Shown in pieces: positions 30,251-40,456 of a stretch of DNA of 64,000 nt. A program made the translations under genes and the position numbers. Source of the DNA: an uncultured delta proteobacterium (lineage in GTDB: Bacteria; Desulfobacterota; BSN033; UBA1163); the NCBI GenBank assembly GCA_963827685.1, contig CAWHBU010000003.1, positions 992,001 through 1,056,000 on the forward strand, written 5' to 3'. Each line of letters opens with the position of its first letter. The first letter of the stretch is position 1. The notes under the pieces are model-generated. The model ran no database searches. It had not been told where the DNA came from and was given only the letters and a program-made list of their open reading frames with translations.

Positions 30251-30447
30251 TTGCTTCCACATGAGGACGATCCTCATCCGGCTCCACATTGCCTCTGAAT
30301 TCATTGCCAATGGTATATCAGGATGATGAGGTGAAGGCTCCATCATTTAAATTTTTGGCGAACTCCATTTGGACAATTTAGTAGACCTCAATTACAATTT
30401 GAACTGTTCCTAATAAATATCTCTTAGCTTCAAGGATCGTTCTCAAG

Positions 30448-31821
30448 ATGCGTCGTTACCTTATTTTTGCTTGTGCCGGGTTAAGCCTTCTTATGTCCTC
30501 CATTGACAGTGAAGTGATTGCAGTGGCCTTCTCCCACCTTATGAAAGACCTTGGCACCAATGTCCTCTGGGCAGCATGGACGATTTCAATCTACCTGGTT
30601 GCGTTTACGAGTGTTATGCCATTGATGGGCAATCTGAGCGACAGCTTTGGTCGAAAAAGAGTCTTTCTGGTTTCTCTCATCCTCTTTACAGCCAGTTCCC
30701 TTGCTTGCGGCCTTGCTCCGAATATCTACAGCCTGGTGGCATTTCGTTTCCTTCAAGGGATTGGAGGAGCAAGTTTTCTCCCGACGGCTGCAGGCATCGT
30801 GAGTGATCAATTTCCAGAACATCGGGAGAGGGCCATTGGCCTGTTTACCAGCATCTATCCCATAGGAGGTATTATTGGCCCAAACCTAGGGGGCTGGGTA
30901 GTCAGCCGATATTCTTGGCGATATATTTTTTACATCAATTTACCTATCGGTATTGCTCTGATAGCTCTGAGCATGATTTTACTTGAAGATTCAGAGGTCC
31001 TTTCTCAGCCTCATATAGACTTTGGAGGAGCCTCTTTTTTCTTTGGAGCAATACTTTTCCTCATGCTTGGTTTAAATCTCATTGCTGAGAACTTCTCTAT
31101 CTCCTTCCTCCTTCTTACGATAACCTTTATAGCTGTCAGTTTTTCCTTTCTCTACCTATTTATTCGCCAAGAGAAGAAGGTACCGAACCCAATCCTCGAT
31201 ATGGCCTTGTTAAGATCAAGGCCTTTCTTGGCAGCAAACCTATACAATATGATAGGAGGTGCGGGATACCTCGGAATCTTTGCCTTTATTCCTTTCTATG
31301 CCACCACCGTGCATAAGTTATCCACCCTGGTTAGCGGGATGATACTGACCCCTCGGTCTCTCGTAATCATTCCTGCCGCGGGTGTAACCAGTTTTTTGCT
31401 CAGGCGATGGGGTTACCGGTGGCCGATGGTGTTGGGTATGAGCATCATCTCTCTTTCGACATTCCTTCTGGGTGGCCAAGGGCTCCGGTTTTTGAGAATG
31501 ATTGGTATCAATTGGGAAGTTGCTCAAATCCTGGCTATCCCGATTATGATTGCTGGAATCGGATTTGGGATTTCCCTACCTGCTTCCAATAACGCATGCA
31601 TCGAACTCATGCCAGAGAAGGTGGCTACCATTACAGGGCTTCGAGGAATGTTTAGGTCTGTTGGAGGAGCGTTCGGAATCTCATTAACTACGATTATCCT
31701 TCATCTAAGTTTAACCCCTGCCAATGGCTTTAGCATTAGCTTCCCTTCTTTTGGCCTTGGGTTTTTATTTGCTATTCCTCTTGTCTTTCTTATGCCCTCT
31801 GGGAAAAAAGAATGGCGATAA
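30448..31821 (+). CDS. MFS drug/H+ antiporter (DHA2-like)
   Basis: GNLSDSFGRKR, FRFLQGIG, GPNLGG, WRYIFYINLPIG. Confidence 0.92.
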   Translation: MRRYLIFACAGLSLLMSSIDSEVIAVAFSHLMKDLGTNVLWAAWTISIYLVAFTSVMPLMGNLSDSFGRKRVFLVSLILFTASSLACGLAPNIYSLVAFRFLQGIGGASFLPTAAGIVSDQFPEHRERAIGLFTSIYPIGGIIGPNLGGWVVSRYSWRYIFYINLPIGIALIALSMILLEDSEVLSQPHIDFGGASFFFGAILFLMLGLNLIAENFSISFLLLTITFIAVSFSFLYLFIRQEKKVPNPILDMALLRSRPFLAANLYNMIGGAGYLGIFAFIPFYATTVHKLSTLVSGMILTPRSLVIIPAAGVTSFLLRRWGYRWPMVLGMSIISLSTFLLGGQGLRFLRMIGINWEVAQILAIPIMIAGIGFGISLPASNNACIELMPEKVATITGLRGMFRSVGGAFGISLTTIILHLSLTPANGFSISFPSFGLGFLFAIPLVFLMPSGKKEWR

Positions 31822-32256
31822 AGCTGGACCCTATCAGGTTGAAGAGGAAAGATGGGGGTCAGAAATGCCACTGCTTTTATTTTTCAGGAGTTTTTCTCGT
31901 GCTTGCTTTCTATCCTTAATCGTCAACTTCTATCACTATGTAAGATTGAGGAGTAGTAGTCAACTCTTCAATTCAGGCTCTCTCCAAATATCTTCATCTC
32001 CGCCATCCAATTAAGATCCTCCTCCCAATTCTCATTGACACCCTCTACAGAATTCAGGAGCAAAGACCATTCAGACAAAAGCGGTAAGAATTGACGGAAA
32101 AGTTGATCCCAGACTTGGGAGCAACAATTGCCCTTCTCCTACGTTACGAAGTTACCTATTGACAGAACTCCTCCTTTCTATAGTAATATCTATTCGTTGT
32201 AGGTAATGGAAGGTAGTTTGAAAAATCCATTTCAGTAAAGAAAGGAAGGAAAATGT

Positions 32257-32421
32257 ATGCCCAGTTACGACTATCGATGTGCGAAATGCAATAAGAAGTT
32301 TACCGCTCTTCTTAGCATCGGAGAACACGATGCTGGGAAGGTGAAGTGCCCAAAATGCGGGGAGAGAAAAGTGGAACAACTCATCACGGCTTTTCAGGTA
32401 AAGACTTCGCGAAAGAGTTAG
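32257..32421 (+). CDS. FmdB-type zinc ribbon protein (not in the ORF track)
   Basis: MPSYDYRCAKCNKKF...CPKCG...KTSRKS, 54 aa, AAGGA RBS. Confidence 0.88.
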   Translation: MPSYDYRCAKCNKKFTALLSIGEHDAGKVKCPKCGERKVEQLITAFQVKTSRKS

Positions 32422-32597
32422 CGAGGTAGAAGGCAAATTTCAAATGCCCAAGTTCAAATGCCAAGGACGTGAAAGATGTCTTCAAAAGAGTTGTTTTAGT
32501 ATTTTACCCTCCTACGCAAAAAGCCACAGTCTTTTAGACCATGGCTCCTCCACCTGACCACTCGACTCCTGGGATCCTTGAACCCTTTTTTATCCGT

Positions 32598-33995
32598 TCA
32601 TTCGATCGCCGGAACCGTGGGAGGCGTCTTGATAATCACATCCTTTTTCCATCCTCCCGAATAGTAATAAGCAAGACTGATCACCATCACAAAAAGAAAG
32701 CTGAAAGCGACAGAAATCCAGATTCCTGTAATGCCTAAGCTCGTCTTTCGTGACAGAAACCACGAGCCCGGCACCCGGATGAACCATAAGGACAAGAGTG
32801 AAAAGGTCATGGTGATGATTGTATGGCCTGCTCCATTGATTACGCCATTCGAAATAAACATAACGGCAAAAAAGATATAACAAGACCCCACAATTCGCAG
32901 GTAACTGACGCCGATTCGCATGACCGCTAAGTCACCCGCAAGCCCAAACATCTTCAGAATAAGTTCAGAAAAGAAGACAGCAATCACCGAAATTAGAATG
33001 GTGATGCAAGAGATCATGATCACTCCCCACTTAAATATCTCTTTTACTCGGTCAGGTTTACGGGCCCCGAGATTTTGTCCTGTCAGGGCAGAAACGGCCA
33101 TACTCATCGATACGGCCGGCATCACGGCAAACATATCCACTCTGGCGACCGCGCCAAAGGCATTCGTGGCCGTACTGCCGAAGAAATTGACGAAGGTCGT
33201 GATAAACAATGCGCCAATCCAAACAAGCATCTGCTGAACAATCGAAGGAAGACCTATTTTAAAAATCATCGAAGACATGCGCCCGTCGAGAAGGAGCCTT
33301 TTGGGATGAAAGGCAACCAGGTGGCTCTTCCAGTTCAAATAGACGATGCTGATGATTAAAGCGGTCGCCTGGGATATCACACTTGCATAGGCCGCACCGT
33401 TCAGCCCGAGTTTTGGAAATGGACCAAACCCTCCTATCAGAAAAGGATCCAAAATGATGTTTAATCCTATGCCGGTGGCCATAAAAGCCAGGGGAGTTAA
33501 GGTGTCACCAATTCCCCTGAGTATTGAATTGATCAAAAGCCCCAGATAGAGCAGAACGAAACCTGCCAGACTGATTTTCAGATAGCTTGAAGCTAATGTG
33601 AAATTTTCGGGGGGCGTCCCCATCAGTCTTAAAACAGTATCGCTCGAAAAGATGCCGGCAATGGTCAAAGCTAATCCGAGAATGATGGAGAGTGAAAATG
33701 AGGTGTTGACGGCCTTTTCCACCATCTTGTAATCCTTTGCGCCATAGTACTGGGAGACAAGGATCGTGGTGGCCATGGTGATGCCCATTGAAAATCCGAC
33801 CAGTATAAAAAAGATAGGCAAGCTGACCCCTACTGCTCCAACAGCATTTTCTCCAACCAAATTTCCCACCCATATAGTATTGACGAGACTGTAACCGATC
33901 TGTATCAGGTTGCCTGAAAACATCGGAATGGTGTAGGACAGAAGATGTCTGGGAACACTCCCTACCGTTCGATCAATTCCAAATTGCTTCTCCAT
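32598..33995 (-). CDS. MATE family efflux transporter
   Basis: SQYYGAKD, LRGIGDT, NIILDPFLI, GLNGAAYAS, GQNLGA. Confidence 0.95.
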   Translation of the reverse strand: MEKQFGIDRTVGSVPRHLLSYTIPMFSGNLIQIGYSLVNTIWVGNLVGENAVGAVGVSLPIFFILVGFSMGITMATTILVSQYYGAKDYKMVEKAVNTSFSLSIILGLALTIAGIFSSDTVLRLMGTPPENFTLASSYLKISLAGFVLLYLGLLINSILRGIGDTLTPLAFMATGIGLNIILDPFLIGGFGPFPKLGLNGAAYASVISQATALIISIVYLNWKSHLVAFHPKRLLLDGRMSSMIFKIGLPSIVQQMLVWIGALFITTFVNFFGSTATNAFGAVARVDMFAVMPAVSMSMAVSALTGQNLGARKPDRVKEIFKWGVIMISCITILISVIAVFFSELILKMFGLAGDLAVMRIGVSYLRIVGSCYIFFAVMFISNGVINGAGHTIITMTFSLLSLWFIRVPGSWFLSRKTSLGITGIWISVAFSFLFVMVISLAYYYSGGWKKDVIIKTPPTVPAIE

Positions 33996-34162
33996 CTCTT
34001 CTCCTTTTATAAGGTGTAAATTTAATATATTGCGGTATTAATCTCCAATCTGTTTTTGTAACGGTTTGAATCTCCAGGAAGGAAGAAAGGCTTTGGTTAC
34101 CCGGAAATATTTTACTGCTCTATCGATGGGGATATGATGTAAAAGCAAAAGGGGAGGATGTC

Positions 34163-34309
34163 TTGAATTTCTGCGATCTCATGTGCAAATATGCCGAAGC
34201 ACCGAAAGAAACCGCTGTGGATGGCGCCGGCAGCTGTAGAACCTTTGTAGCACTCTATTATTCACGCAAAAAATCACTGGATGTTTCTTTCAGTAATCGT
34301 TTATTCTAA
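34163..34309 (+). CDS. Small Cys-containing hypothetical protein (possibly 3'-degenerate)
   Basis: GGGGAGG RBS plus TTG start; FCDLMCKYA...VDGAGSCRTFVALY, 48 aa. Confidence 0.45.
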   Translation: MNFCDLMCKYAEAPKETAVDGAGSCRTFVALYYSRKKSLDVSFSNRLF

Positions 34310-34469
34310 TCATCAGGGTGGATTGTAGATTTGTAAGTGAAGTTCTCATCCCTCTTTCTGAAGATAATTTCCTGTACTCAATAGAACGCCCTTCTTCCCT
34401 TCCAATGCAGATTTCAACCAGATATCTTCAATTTGAGCAAAGTGTGGGTATTGGCAAGCTATATAGAGA

Positions 34470-34620
34470 CGAAGCCTTACCTAAGGTAAACAGGCTTCAT
34501 CTACAGTTTCATGTGGCAGGGAACGGAGAAGTGCTATGGTAAGCCTAAACGGGCACGAACTGGAAACGGCAGATACAGCCAAAGGAATACCTAAGGTAAC
34601 TGGCCATTCCTCGACCCTAC
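34470..34620 (+). mobile_element. Group II intron 3' remnant (degenerate DV plus DVI)
   Basis: ...CAGTTTCATGTGGCAGGGAACGGAG...GGAAACGGCAGATACAGCCAA...CCATTCCTCGACCCTAC end; no RT ORF. Confidence 0.6.
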
Positions 34621-34813
34621 AATAAAAAGTGAGGAAATTGCCAAGAAAGTTTGCAATTTTAAAAAAGGGCATGTTCCTTAATTAAATCGTACTGGGAAGG
34701 GCTTTTTCATGATATGAAAGATCTCCTTATCATTTCAATCTCCTTATCATTTCATTGACAGACCACAAGATAAAGGGTTAGATTGAATTGAAATCCAGTC
34801 AAGGAGGGAATGT

Positions 34814-35335
34814 ATGGAGGTAAAGGAATTCGTTCTGAAGGCCCTTGAACGCACGTCAGTGTTGCTCGCTAATGCTCTGAAAGATGTGAGGCCTGACGAA
34901 CTGAAGTGGCGGCCAGGTCCGCAGGCCAACTCGATTGGTTTTATCCTCTGGCATGTTACGCGGGCCGAGGACAGGTTCATTCACACGCTTATTCAACAGA
35001 AACCTCAGGTCTGGGAGCAGCCGAAGTGGCGCCAGTTGCTCCCTAACCTGCCGAGCGACCCTGCGGCAACCGGTGGTGGATTCACCAGCGACCAGGTGGG
35101 GGAATTCCAGACGCCAAAGCAGGAAGACCTGATGCAGTATAACCAGGCAGTGCGTGCCGCAACCGTCGACTTCCTCAAAGATCTGCCACAGAATGAGCTG
35201 AACAAGACGATTGATCATCCGAGGCTTGGTAAGATAACCTGTGCCGAGGTCATAGCTCTCCTACTCGGAGAAATCAACTCCCATATCGGGCAGATGGACT
35301 ATATTCGCGGTCTGGCACAAAGTCTCCGGAAATAG
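34814..35335 (+). CDS. DinB family protein
   Basis: WRPGPQANSIGFILWH...EINSHIGQMDYIRG. Confidence 0.9.
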   Translation: MEVKEFVLKALERTSVLLANALKDVRPDELKWRPGPQANSIGFILWHVTRAEDRFIHTLIQQKPQVWEQPKWRQLLPNLPSDPAATGGGFTSDQVGEFQTPKQEDLMQYNQAVRAATVDFLKDLPQNELNKTIDHPRLGKITCAEVIALLLGEINSHIGQMDYIRGLAQSLRK

Positions 35336-35529
35336 GTGTCAGCTCTTAAGTGGAGTAACCGGAGATAAGTAGTGTAACCGTGTGAATTTTGGATAGATGA
35401 CCCAAAAATGTTTGTTTCTTCCACTAATCAATACCGCAATGATCCCCAATGCTCGTCGAATGGCCATTTTTGCATTGGCCTCAGTAAATATTACCAACAG
35501 AAAGCATGTTATTGTCTTTAATCTGATCG

Positions 35530-35722
35530 ATAATGTGAAAAGCTGAAAGAGATCCTTATACGCATGGGCAGCAGTATAAACGCATCCTACGCCACTAACG
35601 TACTGGGCTACCCTCAAAGTCTCCACGATTTCTTCCTTTGTGGCACCAGCTTTCATCGCCTGCAGTGTCAACGCTTTTACCCCTTCAACGGTTCCGTGTG
35701 AGGCATCGAGGGCCATTGACAT
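35530..35722 (-). pseudogene. C-terminal fragment of a CMD/AhpD-like protein
   Basis: MALDASHG..GVKAL..QAMKAGATKEEIVETLRVA; N-terminus absent and the frame runs on into non-coding sequence. Confidence 0.65.
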
Positions 35723-35895
35723 CGTAGGGATTGGTTCAAAAGGAGATTTGATCGAAATGCGAAAACCCTGCTATTTACAAGGATAGGATTATCGATTATG
35801 GTATGAAAGAAGCTCTCAGGAAAAGAGGCTGTAAATAACACGACTACTCTTCAAGGCAAGACAAGCTCAAGGGTGGGATTTGCGTGGAGGAGCCA

Positions 35896-36375
35896 ATGCT
35901 TTTAACGGAACTACCATTTCATTTACGCGGTTCCATCTTCCGGAGCCCGATGCCTTTTTCGGTTTATGATCCTCAAGGAGATTCTCTTTTTCAATTCAGG
36001 AGAGAAAAGGGCTCCCTGATTGTTCTTCTTGCTGAAGAGGAAGAGTGTGTGATGAGGACTGGACTAAATTTGAAATCTCTCTATTTGAACCAGGGATCCC
36101 AGGTGCTTCATCTACCCATTCCCGATTTTAAGGTGCCTTCGAAAGAAGATCTTGAAGAAGCGATCAAGAAGACGGTCGAGCATGCACTAGTCGGAAATAA
36201 TATCTTAATCCACTGCCATGCTGGATTAGGAAGGACGGGGCTGTTTGTGGCTTATCTTGCAAAGCGGGTTCTCGGTTTATCGAGCGAAGAAGCGATTCAG
36301 TGAACGAGAAAATATATCCCTCACGCATTGGAAACTGATGAACAGAGCCAGATGGTCATCGATGATTTGGCATAA
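35896..36375 (+). pseudogene. Cys-based (PTP/DSP) phosphatase with an in-frame TGA at 36301-36303
   Basis: LPIPDF, IHCHAGLGRTG (CX5R); EEAIQ*TRKYIPHALET continues to TAA 36375. Confidence 0.8.
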
Positions 36376-36398
36376 AGAGAAGGTGCTGAATATCATTC

Positions 36399-37388
36399 AT
36401 GTCGAAATCAGATGACACGGTTACTTTGGAGAGTTTCGACAGCCTAACTTCCTATTGGCTCCAATCCGAGTCTCTTTTGATGTGGGACTGTATTTTTGTA
36501 TTGCCGCCGTGGCTCGAAGTTTGGTGGCATGATTTCGGATCCGAGGCCGAGCTATATTTGGGCGCTATCAGAAAAGACGGGACGATCGCTGGCATCGCTC
36601 CACTTTTATTACGGGGAACAGAGGCCTCTTTCATCGGCAGCACCGATCTTTGCGACTACCTGGACTTTGTTATTGTTCCGGGGAAAGAGGTTGGTTTTTT
36701 CAATATTTTGCTTGATGACCTGCAGGGGAGGGGCATCAGGCGGCTGAACTTGAGGCCATTGAGGCCCAATTCAACTGTGCTCACTTATCTTGTAGGTATT
36801 GCAAGGGATCGGAATTATGATGTCTCTCGTAAAGTGGAAGATGTTTCTCTGGAACTGGATTTACCTCCTACTTGGCAGGAATACTTAAATACATTGACCC
36901 CAAAACAGCGGCATGAAGTAAATCGCAAATTGAGACGATTGGGGGAAGCAGGTGAAGTCAATTACCGTGTAGTTGAAGATAGTGACTCTCTCTTAGATTC
37001 CATGGATCTCTTTCTGAGGTTGTTCCGGGAAAGTAGGGAGGATAAGGCGATTTTCTTAACGAATCGGATTGAATCCTTCTTTCAGTCGCTCGTAAAGGCT
37101 ACGGCCCGGTCGGGGCTTTTGAGGTTCGGCATCCTGGAACTCAACGCATCACCTGTAGCTGTGGTCATGTATTTTGATTACAACAACTCGGTTTTTCTTT
37201 ACAATAATGGTTATGATTCTAAACATAGCTTCTTAAGCGTAGGGTTAATTTCGAAGGTCTTATGCCTCAAAGACAGTGTTGAAAGAGGAAGGAGTAAATT
37301 TGACTTCTTGAAGGGAGCTGAAGAGTACAAATATCGCCTGGGAGGCAGGGAAGTTACTCTCTATGGATGCGAGATATCTTTTAAATGA
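36399..37388 (+). CDS. GNAT family protein, CelD/BcsL (FemAB-like) type
   Basis: PPWLEVWW, DLCDYLDF, LPPTWQEYL..L..KQRHE.RKLRRL, FDFLKGAEEYK. Confidence 0.88.
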   Translation: MSKSDDTVTLESFDSLTSYWLQSESLLMWDCIFVLPPWLEVWWHDFGSEAELYLGAIRKDGTIAGIAPLLLRGTEASFIGSTDLCDYLDFVIVPGKEVGFFNILLDDLQGRGIRRLNLRPLRPNSTVLTYLVGIARDRNYDVSRKVEDVSLELDLPPTWQEYLNTLTPKQRHEVNRKLRRLGEAGEVNYRVVEDSDSLLDSMDLFLRLFRESREDKAIFLTNRIESFFQSLVKATARSGLLRFGILELNASPVAVVMYFDYNNSVFLYNNGYDSKHSFLSVGLISKVLCLKDSVERGRSKFDFLKGAEEYKYRLGGREVTLYGCEISFK

Positions 37389-37412
37389 GCGGAAACTGGA
37401 CTGTAGGACAAG

Positions 37413-38693
37413 GTGTCGGACCGGCAAAAGTGGGGTTCGAATGGGAGCAGTGAATTGAAGATCGCGATGCTGAGCATTCACAGTTGCCCCTTGGGTAAGG
37501 TGGGCGAGGAAAATACAGGAGGGATGAGCGTCTATATCCGGGAGCTTGGCCGTGAACTCGGGAGACGGGGCCATCTCGTCGATGTGTATACACGCACCCA
37601 TGAGCCTATACACGATCAGGTAGTAGAATTAGGGGAGAATGCACGACTGATCCATTTCAAGGCAGGAGAGGAAGAAACGCACAAGTTGGAACTCTATTAT
37701 CATCTCGCCGATTTCACCCGCGACATCGAAAATTTCAGGAGAGAGAGTGGACTTCGGTATGATCTGATTCATAGCCATTATTGGCTTTCGGGCTTGGTTG
37801 GGGAAAGGCTGCAGGAGTTGTGGGACATTCCGCATCTTATCGGGTTCCATACCCTGGGGGCGGTCAAGAATGCAGTCGGTATCGGTGAGGGTGAACCCGA
37901 GCTTCGTATCAACGCCGAAAGGAAGCTAGTCAAAGATTGCCACCGCATTATTGCTTCTACGGAGAAAGGGAAAGAGGATCTCATCACCTATTACGATGCT
38001 GCCCCTGAGGCGATCAGCATTATTCCTTGCGGCGTGAATTTGGATCTGTTCCGACCCATCCAGAGAGAAACTGCACGATGCCATCTTGGTTTGAATGGCG
38101 AAAGCATCATCGTCTTTGTAGGAAGGATTATTCCACTTAAGGGCATAGACAGCATGTTAAAAGCTATGACCTATTTGGAAGGGAAGCAGGGAATCAAGTT
38201 TGTTGTGATCGGTGGCGACGATCATAGTCAGGCAGAAATGCAAAGGTTAAAGAACCTTTCACGGACCTTAAGGATCGACGAGTCAGTCATTTTTCTTGGC
38301 TCGGTAAAGCAGGAAACGTTACCCTTCTTTTACAGTGCTGCCGATTTATGTGTGGTCCCATCTTATTATGAAAGCTTTGGACTGGTGGTTTTGGAATCCC
38401 TGGCCTGCGGAACACCCGTCGTAGCCACGAAGGTTGGCTGTGCAGAAAGTGTTATCCGGTATGGTGAGACAGGATATGTCGTGACAGACAATGACCCTGG
38501 TAGTCTTGCAGATAAGATATCACGGTTGCTTTCAACGCCAAATGGGAACCCAGATTTTGTTCACTCGGTTCGGGCGTCCGTAGCTAAGTACAGCTGGTCA
38601 AATATCTCCGAAGCCATCCTTGAAGAATATCGCAGCATTCTATGGGATTTCTCTACTAAGGCATGCAAAGGAGTAGAAGAGTTCCGGGTTTGA
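37413..38693 (+). CDS. mshA: MshA-like GT4 glycosyltransferase (D-inositol-3-phosphate glycosyltransferase-like)
   Basis: IAMLSIHSCPLG...GGMSVY, YDLIHSHYWLSG, HTLGAVKN, GRIIPLKG, PSYYESFGLV; start uncertain. Confidence 0.8.
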   Translation: MSDRQKWGSNGSSELKIAMLSIHSCPLGKVGEENTGGMSVYIRELGRELGRRGHLVDVYTRTHEPIHDQVVELGENARLIHFKAGEEETHKLELYYHLADFTRDIENFRRESGLRYDLIHSHYWLSGLVGERLQELWDIPHLIGFHTLGAVKNAVGIGEGEPELRINAERKLVKDCHRIIASTEKGKEDLITYYDAAPEAISIIPCGVNLDLFRPIQRETARCHLGLNGESIIVFVGRIIPLKGIDSMLKAMTYLEGKQGIKFVVIGGDDHSQAEMQRLKNLSRTLRIDESVIFLGSVKQETLPFFYSAADLCVVPSYYESFGLVVLESLACGTPVVATKVGCAESVIRYGETGYVVTDNDPGSLADKISRLLSTPNGNPDFVHSVRASVAKYSWSNISEAILEEYRSILWDFSTKACKGVEEFRV

Positions 38694-38724
38694 CAAGGCT
38701 CATCGACAGACAAACCGTACAGGC

Positions 38725-39657
38725 TCAATCCAGTCTCTTTTCGTACCACAGGCTGCTTTTCCAGAGCTCAAATCCAACCGACCTGTAAAGAGCACGGGCT
38801 GCTTTATTCTCACGATCCACCGTCAACACAGCAACTCGAAGACTCTTGCTCTTCAAATAGGAGAGCCCGGCAAGAAGAAGTTGCCTGCCCAAGCCTCTCC
38901 CGCGGTAATCTGGATCCACGCCCAGCATATAAATGCGGCCGGTCCCTTCGCCCGGGGCTTTCTTCTTCCAAAACTCAATCCTCGTCCAACAATAACCAAC
39001 GGGTTTATCTGAATCGAAGATCAAAAAAATGTCGTCCGGAGAGGAGTTGGGAAGATTGACTCGATAGGTGATCTCTTCGATCGTGTTGGGATTGAATCCC
39101 CAAGTGCCAGCGAAGGAACGGTTTTGAAGTTGCGTCAGTCTTCCTTCTTCGCCGGGCTGTAAGGAGCGACATCGGGAGGCAATCTTACTGATTTCGGGCA
39201 AAACCATCTCGGCGAGATCCAACCTGAGCTCGAGAAACCGGCGGACGAATGTAAAACCCATGCGGGTGAGAAACCGTTTAGCCGTGACGCTATCTTGAAA
39301 GATGTTTACATGGAGGGTCGTGATACCCAACTCTCTCGTACGGTCGACAGCGCAATTGACGAGCCTTCCGGTTAACTCTCCTCTGCGATGACGAGGATGG
39401 ACCAACCACCTCAAAACAGCCCGTCCGATGTTTAACTCCGGCTTCACGTCTGCATAGCCGGCAATTTCCCCTGACCTCTCTGCGATAAACAGGTTATCCT
39501 TAGAAGAAGGATCGGACTGACTCAGGCTTTCGAATAAGTCTAACGAGGAAAATAAGCAGTAGGGTCGCCCTAATTCCTGAACTTCAGTCAGCAGTTGGGC
39601 TAATTTCTCAAAATCCTTAGAATCATAATTTCGAATGGTATAAGTGAAATTCCTCAT
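38725..39657 (-). CDS. MshD-like tandem GNAT acetyltransferase
   Basis: Two GNAT domains; C-domain NRSFA...GYCWTRI...GRIYMLGVDPDYRGRGLG...GLSYL...TVDRENKAARALY. Confidence 0.8.
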   Translation of the reverse strand: MRNFTYTIRNYDSKDFEKLAQLLTEVQELGRPYCLFSSLDLFESLSQSDPSSKDNLFIAERSGEIAGYADVKPELNIGRAVLRWLVHPRHRRGELTGRLVNCAVDRTRELGITTLHVNIFQDSVTAKRFLTRMGFTFVRRFLELRLDLAEMVLPEISKIASRCRSLQPGEEGRLTQLQNRSFAGTWGFNPNTIEEITYRVNLPNSSPDDIFLIFDSDKPVGYCWTRIEFWKKKAPGEGTGRIYMLGVDPDYRGRGLGRQLLLAGLSYLKSKSLRVAVLTVDRENKAARALYRSVGFELWKSSLWYEKRLD

Positions 39658-39742
39658 TTTCGACTGAAAAATCCGAGAGTAATTGTAACAACCGTTTTGA
39701 TATTATACAATTTTTACAATTTCACACAAAGGAGATAGACCC

Positions 39743-40440
39743 ATGAAAAAGAAGCTAGCTCAGGTGATGGTGGTTACTCCTCATCCAGATGATGCAGAAT
39801 ATGGAGTTGCCGGAACTGTCGTTCGCTGGGTCAACCAAGGGAAGGAAGTTGTATATGTAGTGTGCACCAATGGAGACAAAGGCACGAGCGATGCCCGCGT
39901 AAAGCCAGAAGAGCTAGCCAAAACTGGGAGGAGGAACAGATCGCTGCAGCCAACTTGCTGGGCGTGAGGGAGGTCATTTTCCTCCACCATCCCGATCAGG
40001 GCTTGGAAGATACCCCTGAGTTCCGTAAAGAGATCGTCCGCCTCATCAGGATGTATCGGCCTGAGACCGTTGTTACTGCTGATCCTTACCGACGCTATAT
40101 TTGGCACCGGGATCATAGAATGACCGGACAAGTTACCTTGGATGCCATCTTCCCCTATGCCAGGGATGTCTTTTCCTACCCGGATTTGACGAAAGAAGGG
40201 CTCGATCCTCATAAGGTCAAAGAGGTATTGCTCTGGGGAACTGAGGATGTCAATTACCGTTCCGATATCACCGAAACCTTTGATGTGAAGCTGAGCGCGC
40301 TGCAGTGTCACAAGAGTCAGGTAGGGCACATCCCGCTCCAGAAACTGGAAGGACGACTGAGGGAACGACATAGCTCATTAGCGCAGGGAGAAGAGTATGC
40401 GCTGGCAGAAGGCTTCCACCGGGTAGAGATATTATGGTAG
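39743..40440 (+). pseudogene. PIG-L family deacetylase (MshB/Mca/BshB-like) with a 1-nt frameshift near 39926
   Basis: PHPDDAE, TNGDKG in one frame; EEEQ..AA..LGV, HRDH, CHKSQ in the other; ACT-GG-GAG lacks one base of an Arg codon. Confidence 0.85.
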
Positions 40441-40456
40441 GCCATTCAGCAAATGG

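Noticed and set aside
36301-36303. Selenocysteine read-through in the phosphatase
   Set aside because: The context (EAIQ-x-TRK) fits Trp rather than Cys, the catalytic Cys is elsewhere, and no SECIS-like hairpin follows.
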